A stretch of 64,000 nucleotides of DNA. Origin: Pelagomonas calceolata. Taxonomy: Eukaryota. Below are positions 37,318 to 47,850 of this stretch, piece after piece (position 1 is the first letter of the stretch; each line of letters begins with the position of its first letter). Position numbers and translations under genes: made by a program. Location of the stretch: positions 4,464,001 to 4,528,000 of the forward strand of contig CAKKNE010000002.1 in NCBI GenBank assembly GCA_918797485.1, read 5' to 3'. The notes beneath the pieces were generated by a model. The model searched no databases, was not told the DNA's origin, and saw only the letters and a list, made by a program, of their open reading frames with translations.

Positions 37318-38312
37318 ATGTGGCGCGCGAGGCATGTGGCGTCATGTGCCGCTGCTGCCTGGATCGGCAGCCGCGCGTCCGCGACGCCAGGACACCCTGC
37401 ACTCAAGCATGGCACTCCAATAAGCCATCGCACGCGCTACGACGAAAACTACGTGGTGCATTTTGACCAGCGAGCGCGAGACCCTTTGTGGGTGGTCGAG
37501 CGGCTGACGAAGCAGCGGCTCGACGCCGAGGCCGAGCACCCGCCAGGCCGCCGTGACGCGCGCTATCTGGAGGCCGCAGACGTGCCTGCCCGCCTGCGGT
37601 CGCGGCTCGCGCACTACAAGCACAGCGGATTCGATCGAGGCCACCTCGCGCCGGCGGCGGATCACCGCGGCTCCAGAGACGCTGTGCAGTGCCGAGGCGG
37701 CGTCCTCGATTGCGTCGATGGCGTCCCGGAGAAGCGTCAACCTCCACGCCATCGAGCAATGTCTCGCGCAGGTCGACGTTCTACCTCGACAACATGGCGC
37801 CGCAGGATAGTCTTCTCAACCGAGGACCCTGGCTGAAGCTTGAGGAGCTCTGCCGGAGCGTCGCTCAAGTCGCCGACGAGGTCTACGTCGTTTCAGGGCC
37901 GCTATTTCTGCCCGAACGAGAAAAGGACGGTCTGCGCATGCGGCATCGTGTGCTCGGCAGCCCGCCGAGCGTGACCTGGGTCCCGTCGCATTTTTTCAAG
38001 GTGGTGCTCGCCGAGCGAGGTGGCGTTTCGTACATCGGCTGCTTCGTTTTACCGAACGGGAAGTGCGACGACGACCTCTCAAGATGGCTCGTACCACTGG
38101 AGAACTTGGAAGCCGCCGCAGGACTGATTCCGTTCCCCGACGCGCTCACCGACGAAGCCGCGCGCGACGCCCTCGCCGCGGCGGAGGCGCACTGGTGCCC
38201 GCGCGGCGCCGGCGTCAATGCCGGCGTCGCGCGCGAACGGGCCGACATTCGCCATCTCTGCGACCTCCTGCCCGCAAACGCGCTCGCCGCGCGGAAGGCG
38301 CTCCCGCCGTAG
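37318..38312 (+). CDS. ENDOG: Mitochondrial endonuclease G-like DNA/RNA non-specific nuclease
   Basis: FDRGHLAPAADH active site; intron 37689-37771 joins DAVQ|STFYLDNMAPQ; NRGPWLKLE, SGPLFLP, VPSHFFKV. Confidence 0.88.
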
Positions 38313-38383
38313 CGGTTGTGAATGTAAAGATACGGTTGTGTGGATGTTATGCGTCCAGGGGGAGGAGGCGACAAGGGGGTGGC

Positions 38384-40618
38384 CTACGCGTCGTCCGCGC
38401 AGGGCGGGCACTCGTTTTGACCACTTTTCCCGTGGCCGTAGCGGCAGTCGGCGCCCCAGGAGCACGCGCCGCCGGCCAAGGCCCGGTCGTGGCTGAACTT
38501 GCAGTCGTCGCCGTTCTTGCACATGTCTCGGAGGAAGTAGCAGCACACGACGGCCTTCGGGTCCTTGCCTGAAAAGTTCCGCGGGACCTTCCGCTGCGGC
38601 GGCTTCTTGAAGCCCACGCGCGGCTGGGGGAAGTTCCGCTGGTATTTCTCGTTCTTCTCGCGCGACTCCGTCCGCACGGGGAAGAGCTTCTTCTTGCGCG
38701 GTTGTTCTGGAGAGTCTCCTTTGCCCCGGTTGGGGTGCTCGTAGAAGCCCCTCCCGCGGCCGCGCCCGCGGCCGCGGCCCTGGGAGCCTCGCTGATACCC
38801 GCCTTGGTAGAACGCGTTCTGGTGCGTCGGTGGGGCAAGAGGAGGCGGCACGAACAATTGGGGCACGAATTCGCCGTTCTGCACCGTGAGCTGCGTCGGC
38901 GCCGTGCCGTCGTCAACAGCGAGGCACCGCAGGAAGCAGACGTCCGGCCTGGATCTAGCGTCCGCTACCACTGTCTTCGCATGGGGTTGGACTGTTTTTA
39001 AGGCCGTGCCCGCGTCGTCGAGGACACCCAATCGCAACGCTAGCACTTCATGAGCGCCTCTAGCAGCCGCATGTGCTGGCGGTTCTCCGAGTCGCGCTCT
39101 TGAAGCCCTAGGTAAGCCGACAACGAGCCTACCTTCGACGAGATGCGCAGCCAGCAGCACCCTCAGATCAGCTAACGGTTGATTAGCGTCACCTCTGAGA
39201 GTAGGCAGTAGTGGCGCACAAGCAGCCAAGTCCGGGCAGGACTGCTCGACGAGCGGCGGAGCGTCGTTCCGCACGACAGCCAACCCTTGAGCTTCCAAGA
39301 ACGCACTTAACTCCAAGCGAGCTAATTCTTTGCCAAATTCATCATCAGACGCGTCCGTAGCCCGCGCCAGCACGGACCAGGGCACGGCGCACGGCGCCGC
39401 GTTCGCGACCGGCGCGAGCTCCCGCCCGACGTCGCACAGCTGCTCCATCTCTTTCTTCGAACCCAGCAGTAGTAGGGAGGGCGCCGCGATGTCCTCGAAG
39501 TGCTCGTTGACTAATCTAACGTCCGTCTCCGCCGTCAAGGGCGTGTTCAGGGCCTCGCGGCCCCAGCATTCTACTCTCACACCACCCTCGCCTAGTCTAG
39601 CAGACAGTTCGCGCTCCGCACCCAGAGGATCGTTCGCGTACTTGTGCGGGTCGCACTGCAGCACGAACGTGCCCACCCAGGAGCCCCGTTCCTTCCGTAA
39701 CGCTACACTGTCGAGAGGCATGTTCCTAGGTCTATCCGGACAAGCACACCCGGGCATGTGCGCGTGGACGCGCTGCCCGCAGGCCCAGGCCCGCGCCTCG
39801 CCGGCAGCTACCGGCGAGAAGAAGTGCTCCTGCTGGACGTAGGCGGACTCCTTGACCTGTGCGGGATACCGTCTCGCGTCGCGTCGACGGCGTCCGGGGC
39901 GACCGTACTCTCTCGTCGCGCCGCGTCGACGGCGACGGGCACGCGTGCAAAGAGGACGCCGCGTTCGTACAGGCGGTCGGCGCGGCTGCTGGGGCATCGG
40001 AGCTTGCACAGGTGGCGGCGGCGGCGGCGGCGCGGGCGGCGCCGCCGGCGGCGCGGGCGCCGGGGCGGCCGGGCCGATGCCGAAGGTCGCCAGTCGGTCC
40101 AACTGCGCGCGCCGCTCCGAGTTCTCCGAACTTCCATCAGTACTTTCAGGTGTGGTCTCAGAAACAGGAGCGGCGTCCGACGAGTCGGGCGTGACCGACG
40201 GCGTCTTGGACTTGGCTTGCGCCGGCGGCGGCGGCGCGCGGCGCAGTTCCATGGGCTTGGACGATCTAGCTTCGCTCAAGCGCGCCCCGTCGCGCGACCA
40301 CCTTTCTTGCTTCGGCGGGAGTTCGATGACCGTCCCGGTAGGGACCACATCTCTGGCGTTCGCGCGGCCGTGGTTGTCTATGAGCGTAAATTCGACCTCG
40401 GACCCTTGTTCCAGCGAAAGGAAGTCCTCACAATCGCGACTGCGGAAGTGGACGTGGAACTCGCGCGCGTTCGCCTTCGTCGATTTATGTCTCCTGAGAA
40501 ATCCGAAGCCGCCGTCTCCACTATCATAGTATTTTAGAGCATCGACGACGCCGATGAGCCGGTCCTCCTGGTTGTCGACGCGCTCCTGGGGCTCGGCGTG
40601 GGGGATGACGCCGGCCAT
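38384..40618 (-). CDS. Cold-shock domain plus two CCCH zinc fingers RNA-binding protein
   Basis: GFGFL/VHF CSD motifs; RG-rich stretch; CCYFLRDMCKNGDDCKFSH and CSWGADCRYGH; probable in-frame intron 39857-39970. Confidence 0.8.
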   Translation of the reverse strand: MAGVIPHAEPQERVDNQEDRLIGVVDALKYYDSGDGGFGFLRRHKSTKANAREFHVHFRSRDCEDFLSLEQGSEVEFTLIDNHGRANARDVVPTGTVIELPPKQERWSRDGARLSEARSSKPMELRRAPPPPAQAKSKTPSVTPDSSDAAPVSETTPESTDGSSENSERRAQLDRLATFGIGPAAPAPAPPAAPPAPPPPPPPVQAPMPQQPRRPPVRTRRPLCTRARRRRRGATREYGRPGRRRRDARRYPAQVKESAYVQQEHFFSPVAAGEARAWACGQRVHAHMPGCACPDRPRNMPLDSVALRKERGSWVGTFVLQCDPHKYANDPLGAERELSARLGEGGVRVECWGREALNTPLTAETDVRLVNEHFEDIAAPSLLLLGSKKEMEQLCDVGRELAPVANAAPCAVPWSVLARATDASDDEFGKELARLELSAFLEAQGLAVVRNDAPPLVEQSCPDLAACAPLLPTLRGDANQPLADLRVLLAAHLVEGRLVVGLPRASRARLGEPPAHAAARGAHEVLALRLGVLDDAGTALKTVQPHAKTVVADARSRPDVCFLRCLAVDDGTAPTQLTVQNGEFVPQLFVPPPLAPPTHQNAFYQGGYQRGSQGRGRGRGRGRGFYEHPNRGKGDSPEQPRKKKLFPVRTESREKNEKYQRNFPQPRVGFKKPPQRKVPRNFSGKDPKAVVCCYFLRDMCKNGDDCKFSHDRALAGGACSWGADCRYGHGKSGQNECPPCADDA

Positions 40619-40871
40619 GGTTCTTGCGCTGTTGTTTATTTGGTCGGTGCCTCCCCGCCGGGTCGCGCGCGCGCGCCGTCCGGCGGCTCTCTGGCCCTGC
40701 GAGAGAGTGCCTGCTCGCCCGAAGCAGGCTAGTTGCGGTCTCGCGCCGCTGTTTTTTGTGGGAGCGCTTTAACGCACACCTCTGGCGAGCTCCGAGCGCT
40801 GTCACACAGCCACCGGGTGCGCTGGCTGGCTGCTTTCGGCCAGCGACTGTGAAACTTTGTGGAGGGGAAAT

Positions 40872-40895
40872 GCTAGTGTCTTACAGGCCGCTAGC
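40872..40895. promoter_or_regulatory. CTAG-flanked upstream motif in divergent intergenic region
   Basis: GCTAGTGTCTTACAGGCCGCTAGC, identical to 28409-28432. Confidence 0.65.
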
Positions 40896-41105
40896 GTGCC
40901 GAAACGCGACCTCTCCGCCAAAGACCTCTGCCCCAGCCGTCGCGAGGCCTGTGGGGACGCGTCGGCGCCGGGGGCAGAGATGCTCGCTTCGAAGCGCCAG
41001 CAAAGCCAGCACACGTAATTCAGGGGCCAACGCGTCCCTCGAACATCCCTACAAACAGTCGGCGGTGGGAAGCCTAGCCCCGGAGGCGTTGGTTTCTAGC
41101 CTACA

Positions 41106-43079
41106 ATGGGCAAGGGCTCGCACGATCCGCAAGCAAACGAACCGGCCAAGCTAGCCGCGCGGACGCTGACGATGAAGCGCAGCGCGTCGCGCGATTTATT
41201 GGGGGACGCCCTGGACTGCGCCGCCTCATGCATCGACGCCGCGGCGCTGGACGCGTACCGTTTAGATTATGCCTCGTCCGCGCTCGGCGTCCCGTTATCC
41301 GGACACTTCTTTACACTGCGTTTGCGTTTCGTTCGCACTCCCGCCGAGCTCTCGAGGCGTCGCCGGCGTGCCACGGGGCACGGAGAGCCACGGAGACGCC
41401 AAATCTCTGCAAAATCACACACCCGTGCCACGCCGCCAGCAAACCGCCAAAAAAAAAAACGCAGGTATCGATTGGGAGCGATGCGCGGCGCGAAGGGCGA
41501 GCAGCCGTCGGCCAACGACGACAAGGCCGCCATGATTCAAAGAGAATATGAGCTCACCGAGGCCCTCAAGAAGAAGACGGAGGAATTACATGCGGCCCAG
41601 CGCCAAGTGGAAGAATTGACGAGGGCTACGAGAGATCTTGATGCCGTGCGGGCGTCCTTCGCCACGGCCGATGCGGCTCTCGATCGCATCCAATTGACGG
41701 CGAGGAATAACCTCCGGGAGCGCATGGAGTCGCGTCGCACGAAGCGCGTCGCTCGCGTCGAGAAGGCCACCTCACAAGTAGCGAAGAACAGCGCCGCCGG
41801 ACCCATCGAAGGCTCCTCATACAGTTTCACGACGGGCGCGCCCGTCACGACGGAAGTGCTCGTCGCGAGAGGCGTCGTCGCGGCGCCGGAGCAGGCCGCC
41901 TTCGAGATCGTGCCGATGGCCTCGGCGTCGAGCCCCTTATTCGTCTTCACGGACGAGACCGTCAACAGCCTGTACGGCGACCGCTTCATTAGTGGATTTG
42001 AGCGCATGGGCTTTGTTGTCCATAGGATCGTGATCCCCGACGGCGAGGACGCGAAGACGCTGGAGGTCTACGCTGAATTAGCCGATCGCGTCTTGACCGT
42101 GGGCATTGATAAACTCTCAATCTTGATCTCGCTGGGAGGTGGGGCCGTCGCGAACGTGTGCGGCTTCATCGCGTCGACGTTGCATAGGGGTATTGGCCTC
42201 ATCCACTTCCCGACTACCTTACTCGCCCAGTGCGACGCCGCCATCAGCCATAAACAAGCAGTCAACGCGCCGCACGGCAAGAATTTGGTCGGGAGTTACT
42301 ATGCTCCGATCCGCATCGTCGTCGACCCTGATGTCTTGCAAACTCTAGATGACTGGTTGCTGCCGGACGGCATGGGCGAGATCGTCAAACACGCTCTCTG
42401 TCAGGATGCGACTCTGCTGAAGATGCTGGACGAGTACGACGGTCCACTGACGGATCCCGCCTTCTTGGAGCGGGTTGTTCGTCGAACGATCGAGTTGAAG
42501 TGTCAGGTTATTGATATTGATCCCAAGGAGAAGCGCGAGGCGGTGGTGCTCGTGTATGGGCATACGCTCGGCCATCCCATCGAGGCGATTTCGCATCGAC
42601 CGGGGAGTCTCTGTTGCTTGTCGCACGGGCAAGCGGTCGCGATTGGCTGCGTCGTCGCGGCGCGCGTCGCCGTGAAGATGGGTCTGTGTGATCATGCTGT
42701 GATACAAAGAACCGTGGACCTATGCAAGAAGTACGAGCTGCCTACGGTGGTTCCTGCGGATCAGTCCGTCGATAGAATTATGGCGAAACTACCGTACAAC
42801 AAGACGTGGACGCAAGAAGGTACCGTGATGGCTCTACTGGAGGACATTGGCCGGTTATTTAATGTCGACCAGTCGTATCTGCTACCCGTGTCGGAGTCCG
42901 TTATTAGAGAAGCTGTCACGGAGACGATGGCGCCCCCGGGCACCGTGATCAGAGGTGCCGGTAGTTCGGGCTTCTTACGCAGAAACAAGGTCTCGGCGAA
43001 CGACATCCTCGAGGCGGCGGACAAGCCTATTCCTGGCTCTGGTTGGGACAAGAATAGCGCCGTGCCGCACGCCTGTTAA
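41106..43079 (+). CDS. Sugar-phosphate cyclase (DHQS superfamily), 2-deoxy-scyllo-inosose synthase-like, with N-terminal coiled coil
   Basis: LGGGAVANVCGF, PTTLLAQCDAAISHKQAVN, GKNLVGSYY, GEIVKH, YGHTLGHPIE, LSHGQAVAIG; probable in-frame intron 41276-41464 (alt. donor 41255). Confidence 0.85.
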   Translation: MGKGSHDPQANEPAKLAARTLTMKRSASRDLLGDALDCAASCIDAAALDAYRLDYASSALGVPLSGHFFTLRLRFVRTPAELSRRRRRATGHGEPRRRQISAKSHTRATPPANRQKKKRRYRLGAMRGAKGEQPSANDDKAAMIQREYELTEALKKKTEELHAAQRQVEELTRATRDLDAVRASFATADAALDRIQLTARNNLRERMESRRTKRVARVEKATSQVAKNSAAGPIEGSSYSFTTGAPVTTEVLVARGVVAAPEQAAFEIVPMASASSPLFVFTDETVNSLYGDRFISGFERMGFVVHRIVIPDGEDAKTLEVYAELADRVLTVGIDKLSILISLGGGAVANVCGFIASTLHRGIGLIHFPTTLLAQCDAAISHKQAVNAPHGKNLVGSYYAPIRIVVDPDVLQTLDDWLLPDGMGEIVKHALCQDATLLKMLDEYDGPLTDPAFLERVVRRTIELKCQVIDIDPKEKREAVVLVYGHTLGHPIEAISHRPGSLCCLSHGQAVAIGCVVAARVAVKMGLCDHAVIQRTVDLCKKYELPTVVPADQSVDRIMAKLPYNKTWTQEGTVMALLEDIGRLFNVDQSYLLPVSESVIREAVTETMAPPGTVIRGAGSSGFLRRNKVSANDILEAADKPIPGSGWDKNSAVPHAC

Positions 43080-43382
43080 TGCTCACAGACAGAAAAGCCC
43101 TCCCTCCCCTCCCCCCCCCACCAACCACATACCCTGGTGCGCCTACCAAGGCGCCTCCGGCCTCAGACGACGCTATATACCGCTGAAAGCAAAATTCCCC
43201 TCCCGCGTCCGATGGGGGCCCCGACCCGGCTACACGCCGGTGCGGAGGTGTTAATAACTGGTTTTGATTATACTACTGTACGTGCGCACGCGGCGACGGG
43301 CGTCGCGGCATAAAAACGATGTCACGTCGATGTCTAACGTCGATGATGAATGATGGAGAAGGAATGATGAATTTTCGTGAAT

Positions 43383-44435
43383 TCAGAGCGCCTCGCTCAG
43401 GACCCAGGCACTGAGGAGATGCCAGAGGCCGTGCGTGACGAGGTAGGAATTGTAGCGGCGGCGTTTCCGGCACGCGATCGCCACGGCGAAGAGGACAAAC
43501 GCGGTGGCCGCCGGCCAGACTGGCGCGGACCGCGCCGCGGCGGCGCCCACGGCGCTCGCGAGGGCGATGTCGCACCGGCTGAGTCGGTGCGTCCACAGAG
43601 GTCCGCGGAGGCAGCAGCAGCCCGTCTGGACACTGTGGAAAATTGTGGAGACGGCGGCCAGCGCCCCGACGCCCAGACGCGGCCAGCCCTGCAGCGACCA
43701 CGCGGCCACGACGTAGGCGACATTCGTCGCTAGGAACACAAAGCGAGCCGACCGCCCCAGCCCGGTCGGCGCCCACTCGCAGACTGTGGCCGGCGTCGCT
43801 ACGAATCCGAACGGTCGCCGGAGGCGCTGTTGCCGTAACGCGTGGCCGATATGGCGCACTTCGGGCGTCCACTCGTCCAACACGCACGATATGGAGATCT
43901 CATGTGCGTTGTTGATCAGTCCGGGGGCACACGTGAGCCAGGCGCACCTAGCAGCGTGCCGCCCGTCCGACGCGAAGAGATAGAAGCAGCCGAAGAAGAG
44001 GCTACACCCCCAGAGCTTGCCCGTCACCGAGTGGTACGCGGCGAGCCGCCCGAACTTTGCGTAGGCCACCGCCCACTGCAACAGATGCGACAGGACCGTT
44101 GCGAGGATGAGCGGCAGCTGATGTCTAAGCTCGGTCGCGTACCAGCGCAGGCTCACGACGACCATCGCCGAGTAGAACGCCGTATCTGCGCGTCCGTCCA
44201 ATTCTGCACCGAAGACGCTGCAGAGGTCTAGGCGCCGTGCTAGGTAGCCATCAGCCCCGTCCGATAGGCCACCGAGCACAAACATTGCACAGAAGGTAAT
44301 ATCTGGGCGCGTCTCCCAGTACGCGGCGACTAGCATTGGACCACATGCCAGCCGGAAGAGCGACAGGGCATTCGGGAGGTGTCGCAGGGCCGATCTGCTG
44401 CCTCTGTCTGCTGGGTGGGGCATTTGTTTGGGCAT
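43383..44435 (-). CDS. CDP-alcohol phosphatidyltransferase fused to CREST-like membrane domain
   Basis: LPNALSLFR and SDGADGYLARR...FGAELDGRAD signature; C-terminal STIFH...D...HGLWHLLSA. Confidence 0.8.
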   Translation of the reverse strand: MPKQMPHPADRGSRSALRHLPNALSLFRLACGPMLVAAYWETRPDITFCAMFVLGGLSDGADGYLARRLDLCSVFGAELDGRADTAFYSAMVVVSLRWYATELRHQLPLILATVLSHLLQWAVAYAKFGRLAAYHSVTGKLWGCSLFFGCFYLFASDGRHAARCAWLTCAPGLINNAHEISISCVLDEWTPEVRHIGHALRQQRLRRPFGFVATPATVCEWAPTGLGRSARFVFLATNVAYVVAAWSLQGWPRLGVGALAAVSTIFHSVQTGCCCLRGPLWTHRLSRCDIALASAVGAAAARSAPVWPAATAFVLFAVAIACRKRRRYNSYLVTHGLWHLLSAWVLSEAL

Positions 44436-44694
44436 CGATGCCCTGAGGCTGCCGAGCCGCTACCACGGATCAGTAGCGGTCCGGAGGAAGCAGTTAGACG
44501 CCGGGAGGCAGCCCGCCGGGCCGCGAGCGCCGCACCCAGCCCCCCTTAAGCTTGGGCCGCTTGGCAGCCTCTTTCTAGTGTGTTACTGCCCCTAGCAAGC
44601 TCGGCTCCCACAAAATCGCTCCGAGCGCTGCCAAAAACACAAGCGGGCCACTCAGGAATCAAGGAAGGACGCCTGTCGACGCGATCAGCCACCC

Positions 44695-45468
44695 ATGAGC
44701 CGCAACCCGATGCTCGACACGCTCTGGCAATTCCTGCAAAGCGTCCGGGACGGGGGCCCCCACGCCGTGGCGAACCAGCTGTCGCAGGGCTGGGTCCCGC
44801 CACCAAAACAGACGGAACGGACGCGCAAGGTGCTGCTCGTCCACGCGCACCCGCTGCCGGGCTCGTTCTCGACAGCATTGGCGTCGGCGGTGCAGCGCGG
44901 CCTCGAGAAGGGCGGCGCCGAGGTCACTCACCTGAACCTCTACTCTATGAAATTCGACCCGCGCCTCAGCGCCGACGAGCGGCGGCGCTACCTCGGGCCG
45001 ACGGCCAAGGACCCGAAATTGCCGCCCTACCCGACGGTCCCACGCGACGTGCGACAGCATGTGGAGGCGCTGAAGACCCACGACGCCGTCGTGTTCGTGT
45101 ACCCGACGTGGTGGTTCAACGTGCCGGCCATGTTGAAAGGGTGGTTGGACCGCGTGTTTTTACCCGGCGTCGCCTTCAAGCTGCCTCATTTAGAACCGGC
45201 CGGCTCACCTGTGAGGGGAGGCCTCGTGCCCTGCCTCGACCACATCCAAAAAATGGGCATCGTCTCGACCTACGGCGCGCCGCGGCACATCACGAATGTT
45301 TGTGGAGACAACGGGCGGCAGATGCTCTGCCGCGCCATCCTGCCCCTGTTTTCTGCTGATTGCGCCGTGCACCACCACGGCCTCTACGAGATGGACTGCT
45401 GCGACGCGGCGCGGCGCGGCGCGTTTTTGAATGAGGTGGAGCGGTACTACGGGGAGGAGTTCCTCTGA
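44695..45468 (+). CDS. Flavodoxin-like NAD(P)H:quinone oxidoreductase (Flavodoxin_2)
   Basis: VLLVHAHPLPGSFS, YPTWWFNVPAMLKGWLDRVF, STYG. Confidence 0.88.
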   Translation: MSRNPMLDTLWQFLQSVRDGGPHAVANQLSQGWVPPPKQTERTRKVLLVHAHPLPGSFSTALASAVQRGLEKGGAEVTHLNLYSMKFDPRLSADERRRYLGPTAKDPKLPPYPTVPRDVRQHVEALKTHDAVVFVYPTWWFNVPAMLKGWLDRVFLPGVAFKLPHLEPAGSPVRGGLVPCLDHIQKMGIVSTYGAPRHITNVCGDNGRQMLCRAILPLFSADCAVHHHGLYEMDCCDAARRGAFLNEVERYYGEEFL

Positions 45469-45594
45469 GCCGCGCCCTGTCGGAGAATCATGCTTGTGTA
45501 AATAATAGACTGTTATCACAACAACACCGGCGGCGACGTATGAGGGCCGGCCCCAGCCGGGTGGCTAGGCGGCCTAGCTCTGAGCAAAGCAACA

Positions 45595-47568
45595 TCAGTA
45601 GCCCGCGGCACAGCCGTCGCCGCGGCCGTCGCTGCCGGCCCATAGGACGCACCCGTGGCCGTCGCGCGTCCGTTTCTTCGAAGAGCCGTCTGGGCGAGCA
45701 ACGATGCACTGGCCGCGGCCGAACATCTTCCGGGCGTGGCCGGCGATGCCTCTCGCGCCAAAATAGCCCTGGTAGCCCGCCAGCTCGACGAAATCGACGG
45801 CGTCGCGCGGGAAGCCCTCCTCGAAGTGCACCACGATGGAGCCGCGATCCGCCTGCAGCATGTCCGGCCGCTTGTCCTGGAGGTCGCCCGAGGCGGGCGC
45901 GATGCAGAAGCGCGGCGCGTCGAGGGCCGCCTGCGGGTCCATGCCGCGGTCGAGGAGGTTGGAGAGGACCTGAACGTGGCCTTGCGGTTGCATGAACCCT
46001 CCCATGACCCCAAACGCCGCGTAGAACTCACCTCCACCTGTGTGGAAATCAACCAGTGCGACGGGTGCACCCGACAATTCTTCACTAAGTCATTTCTCGG
46101 CGATGACGCGGCCGTCCTGGCTCTGTCGAGCGGTGAGGAACCAGCATCACCACGCCATCGAGCAGGCGTCGCGTCGATGGCGTGCAGGTCGACGCGACGA
46201 TTCAGCACGAACGCGCCGTAAATTTGATTTCCACGCAGACCTCCACCATCCGTCACCATGCCTGGAATGATCGTATGGTACGGCCGCTTCCCGGGTCCGA
46301 TACAATTCGGATGCCCCTCTTGCAAGACAAAATTGCGTCCTCTGTTCTGGAGCGAGAAGCCGCAGCCCTCCGGCACGAGCCCGGAACCGAACGCCTCGAA
46401 GTTCGAGCAGATGAACGAGCAGGCGTTGCCGGCCGCGTCGACGCAGCACAGGTATGTTGTGTCGGTGCCTAGGTTCTCGAGCGCAGCGGACACGGCGCGC
46501 GCCTCTGAGAGATGGGCGTCGGCGCTCGCCGGCGTGCCGTCGCCGATGTCTGCGAGACCTTTCGCGAAGGCCATTCGGAGCGCTTCCACCTGGCGCAGGA
46601 CGTCCTCCGGTCGCCCGCTCGACGGTGGTAGCTGCTCCAACGTCGCGAGTGCCATCAGCGCCACGAGGCCTGACCCATTCGGAGGGAGTTCGTGGACCGT
46701 CTTTCCACCTGTGCGGGGACGGGCAGTGAACCCACACGCCATCGCTGTGAAGCTTGAAGAAGGACACCGGACGCGGACGGAACGTCGTCGACAGCGGCTC
46801 GACTCGCTCCGTCGCGTGCGCCGCCAGGTCCTCGAGAGACAGGACGCCGCCCTTGGCCCGGACACACTTCACGATGGCCTCGGCGACCGGGCCCTTGTAG
46901 AAGCCCTCGGCACCTTTTGAGGCGAGCGTTCTGAGAGTCGCCGCGAGCTCAGGGTTTCTGAGCACTTCGCCGTGCCGCGGCGGCCGGCCGTCGACGAGCA
47001 ACGACGCGGCGCCCGGGTTACCTTCCAGCCCGCCCCAGCGTAGCAGCTGATGCGCGTTGTCGCTCCAGAGCTGCGCGGCGACGACGTGTATGGGTACGCC
47101 TTCTTCGCTCATCTCGATCGCCGGCGCCAGTACGTCCGCCAGCGGCAGCCGCCCGAAGTCCGAGACGCAGTCGGCCCAGCTCGCAGCGGCGCCGGGGACC
47201 GTCACGCAGTGGACGCTGTCGGCAGGCAACCGATTCGCGCCGTCGCCGGCGGCCGCCCGCGCCCGCTCGGGCGTCAGCGCTTGCGGCGCGCGACCGGAAC
47301 CGTTGAGACCGCGCACCGTCTTGGTCGCGGCGTCGTAGTACAGACAAAACGCGTCGCCGCCGAGTCCACACATGCATGCCTCCGTCACGTTTAACGCCGC
47401 GACCGCTGCGACGGCCGCGTCGGCCGCGTTGCCTCCAGCCTTCAGGATGCGCAGGCCGGCTTCGCTTGCGAGCGGTTGCGAGGTGCAGCAGACGCCATGC
47501 GTGCAGAGCATGGGTGAGCGCCGGCTGGCGAACTGCAGCGGTTCTGTGGCTTCTGCGATTGCAGCCAT
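45595..47568 (-). CDS. Gamma-glutamyltransferase
   Basis: GGNAADAAVA, GLGGDAF, VTVPGA, ELPPNG, DTTYL nucleophile, LQNRG, PGKRPYHTIIP, GVMGGFMQPQGH, SDGRGDG; introns 46709-46778 and 46038-46246. Confidence 0.92.
46038..46238. mobile_element. Full-length introner (201 nt; 209-nt intron), inverted relative to the 33650 copy
   Basis: Perfect 8-bp TSD ACCTCCAC (46030-46037, 46239-46246); TIRs; body is the reverse complement of 33650-33851. Confidence 0.93.
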
Positions 47569-47850
47569 GGCTGTTATTGATCGTTTATAGATGCACAACG
47601 AGCTCTACGCGCCACGCGCACGCTTTTTGCAATTTTGCTCTCTTTGGCTGGCTTGTCTCAGCTTGGATTCAGCTCTGCAGCTACGCGCACACGCGACGCT
47701 GTGAGCTATTCGGCCACGCAGCGCTGTTGCGAGACCCGGACGATTGCGCAGAACGCGCGCAGCGGTAGCCAGACGTAGCCAAAAGCCACAGTGGGGACAG
47801 GCTGCCACACTGCATAAAACACAGCTGCCAGCGTGCGACGAGGACGAACG

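Noticed and set aside
36911..37402. N-terminal 164 aa of ORF 36080-37402
   Set aside because: Spans a divergent intergenic region with the CTAG motif; the ATG at 36910 begins a clear signal peptide.
41106..43079. Mycosporine/gadusol EEVS or DDGS assignment, paired with the methyltransferase at 50923
   Set aside because: Motifs fit DOIS-type better, and the methyltransferase is METTL7-like and 8 kb away; needs phylogeny to exclude fully.
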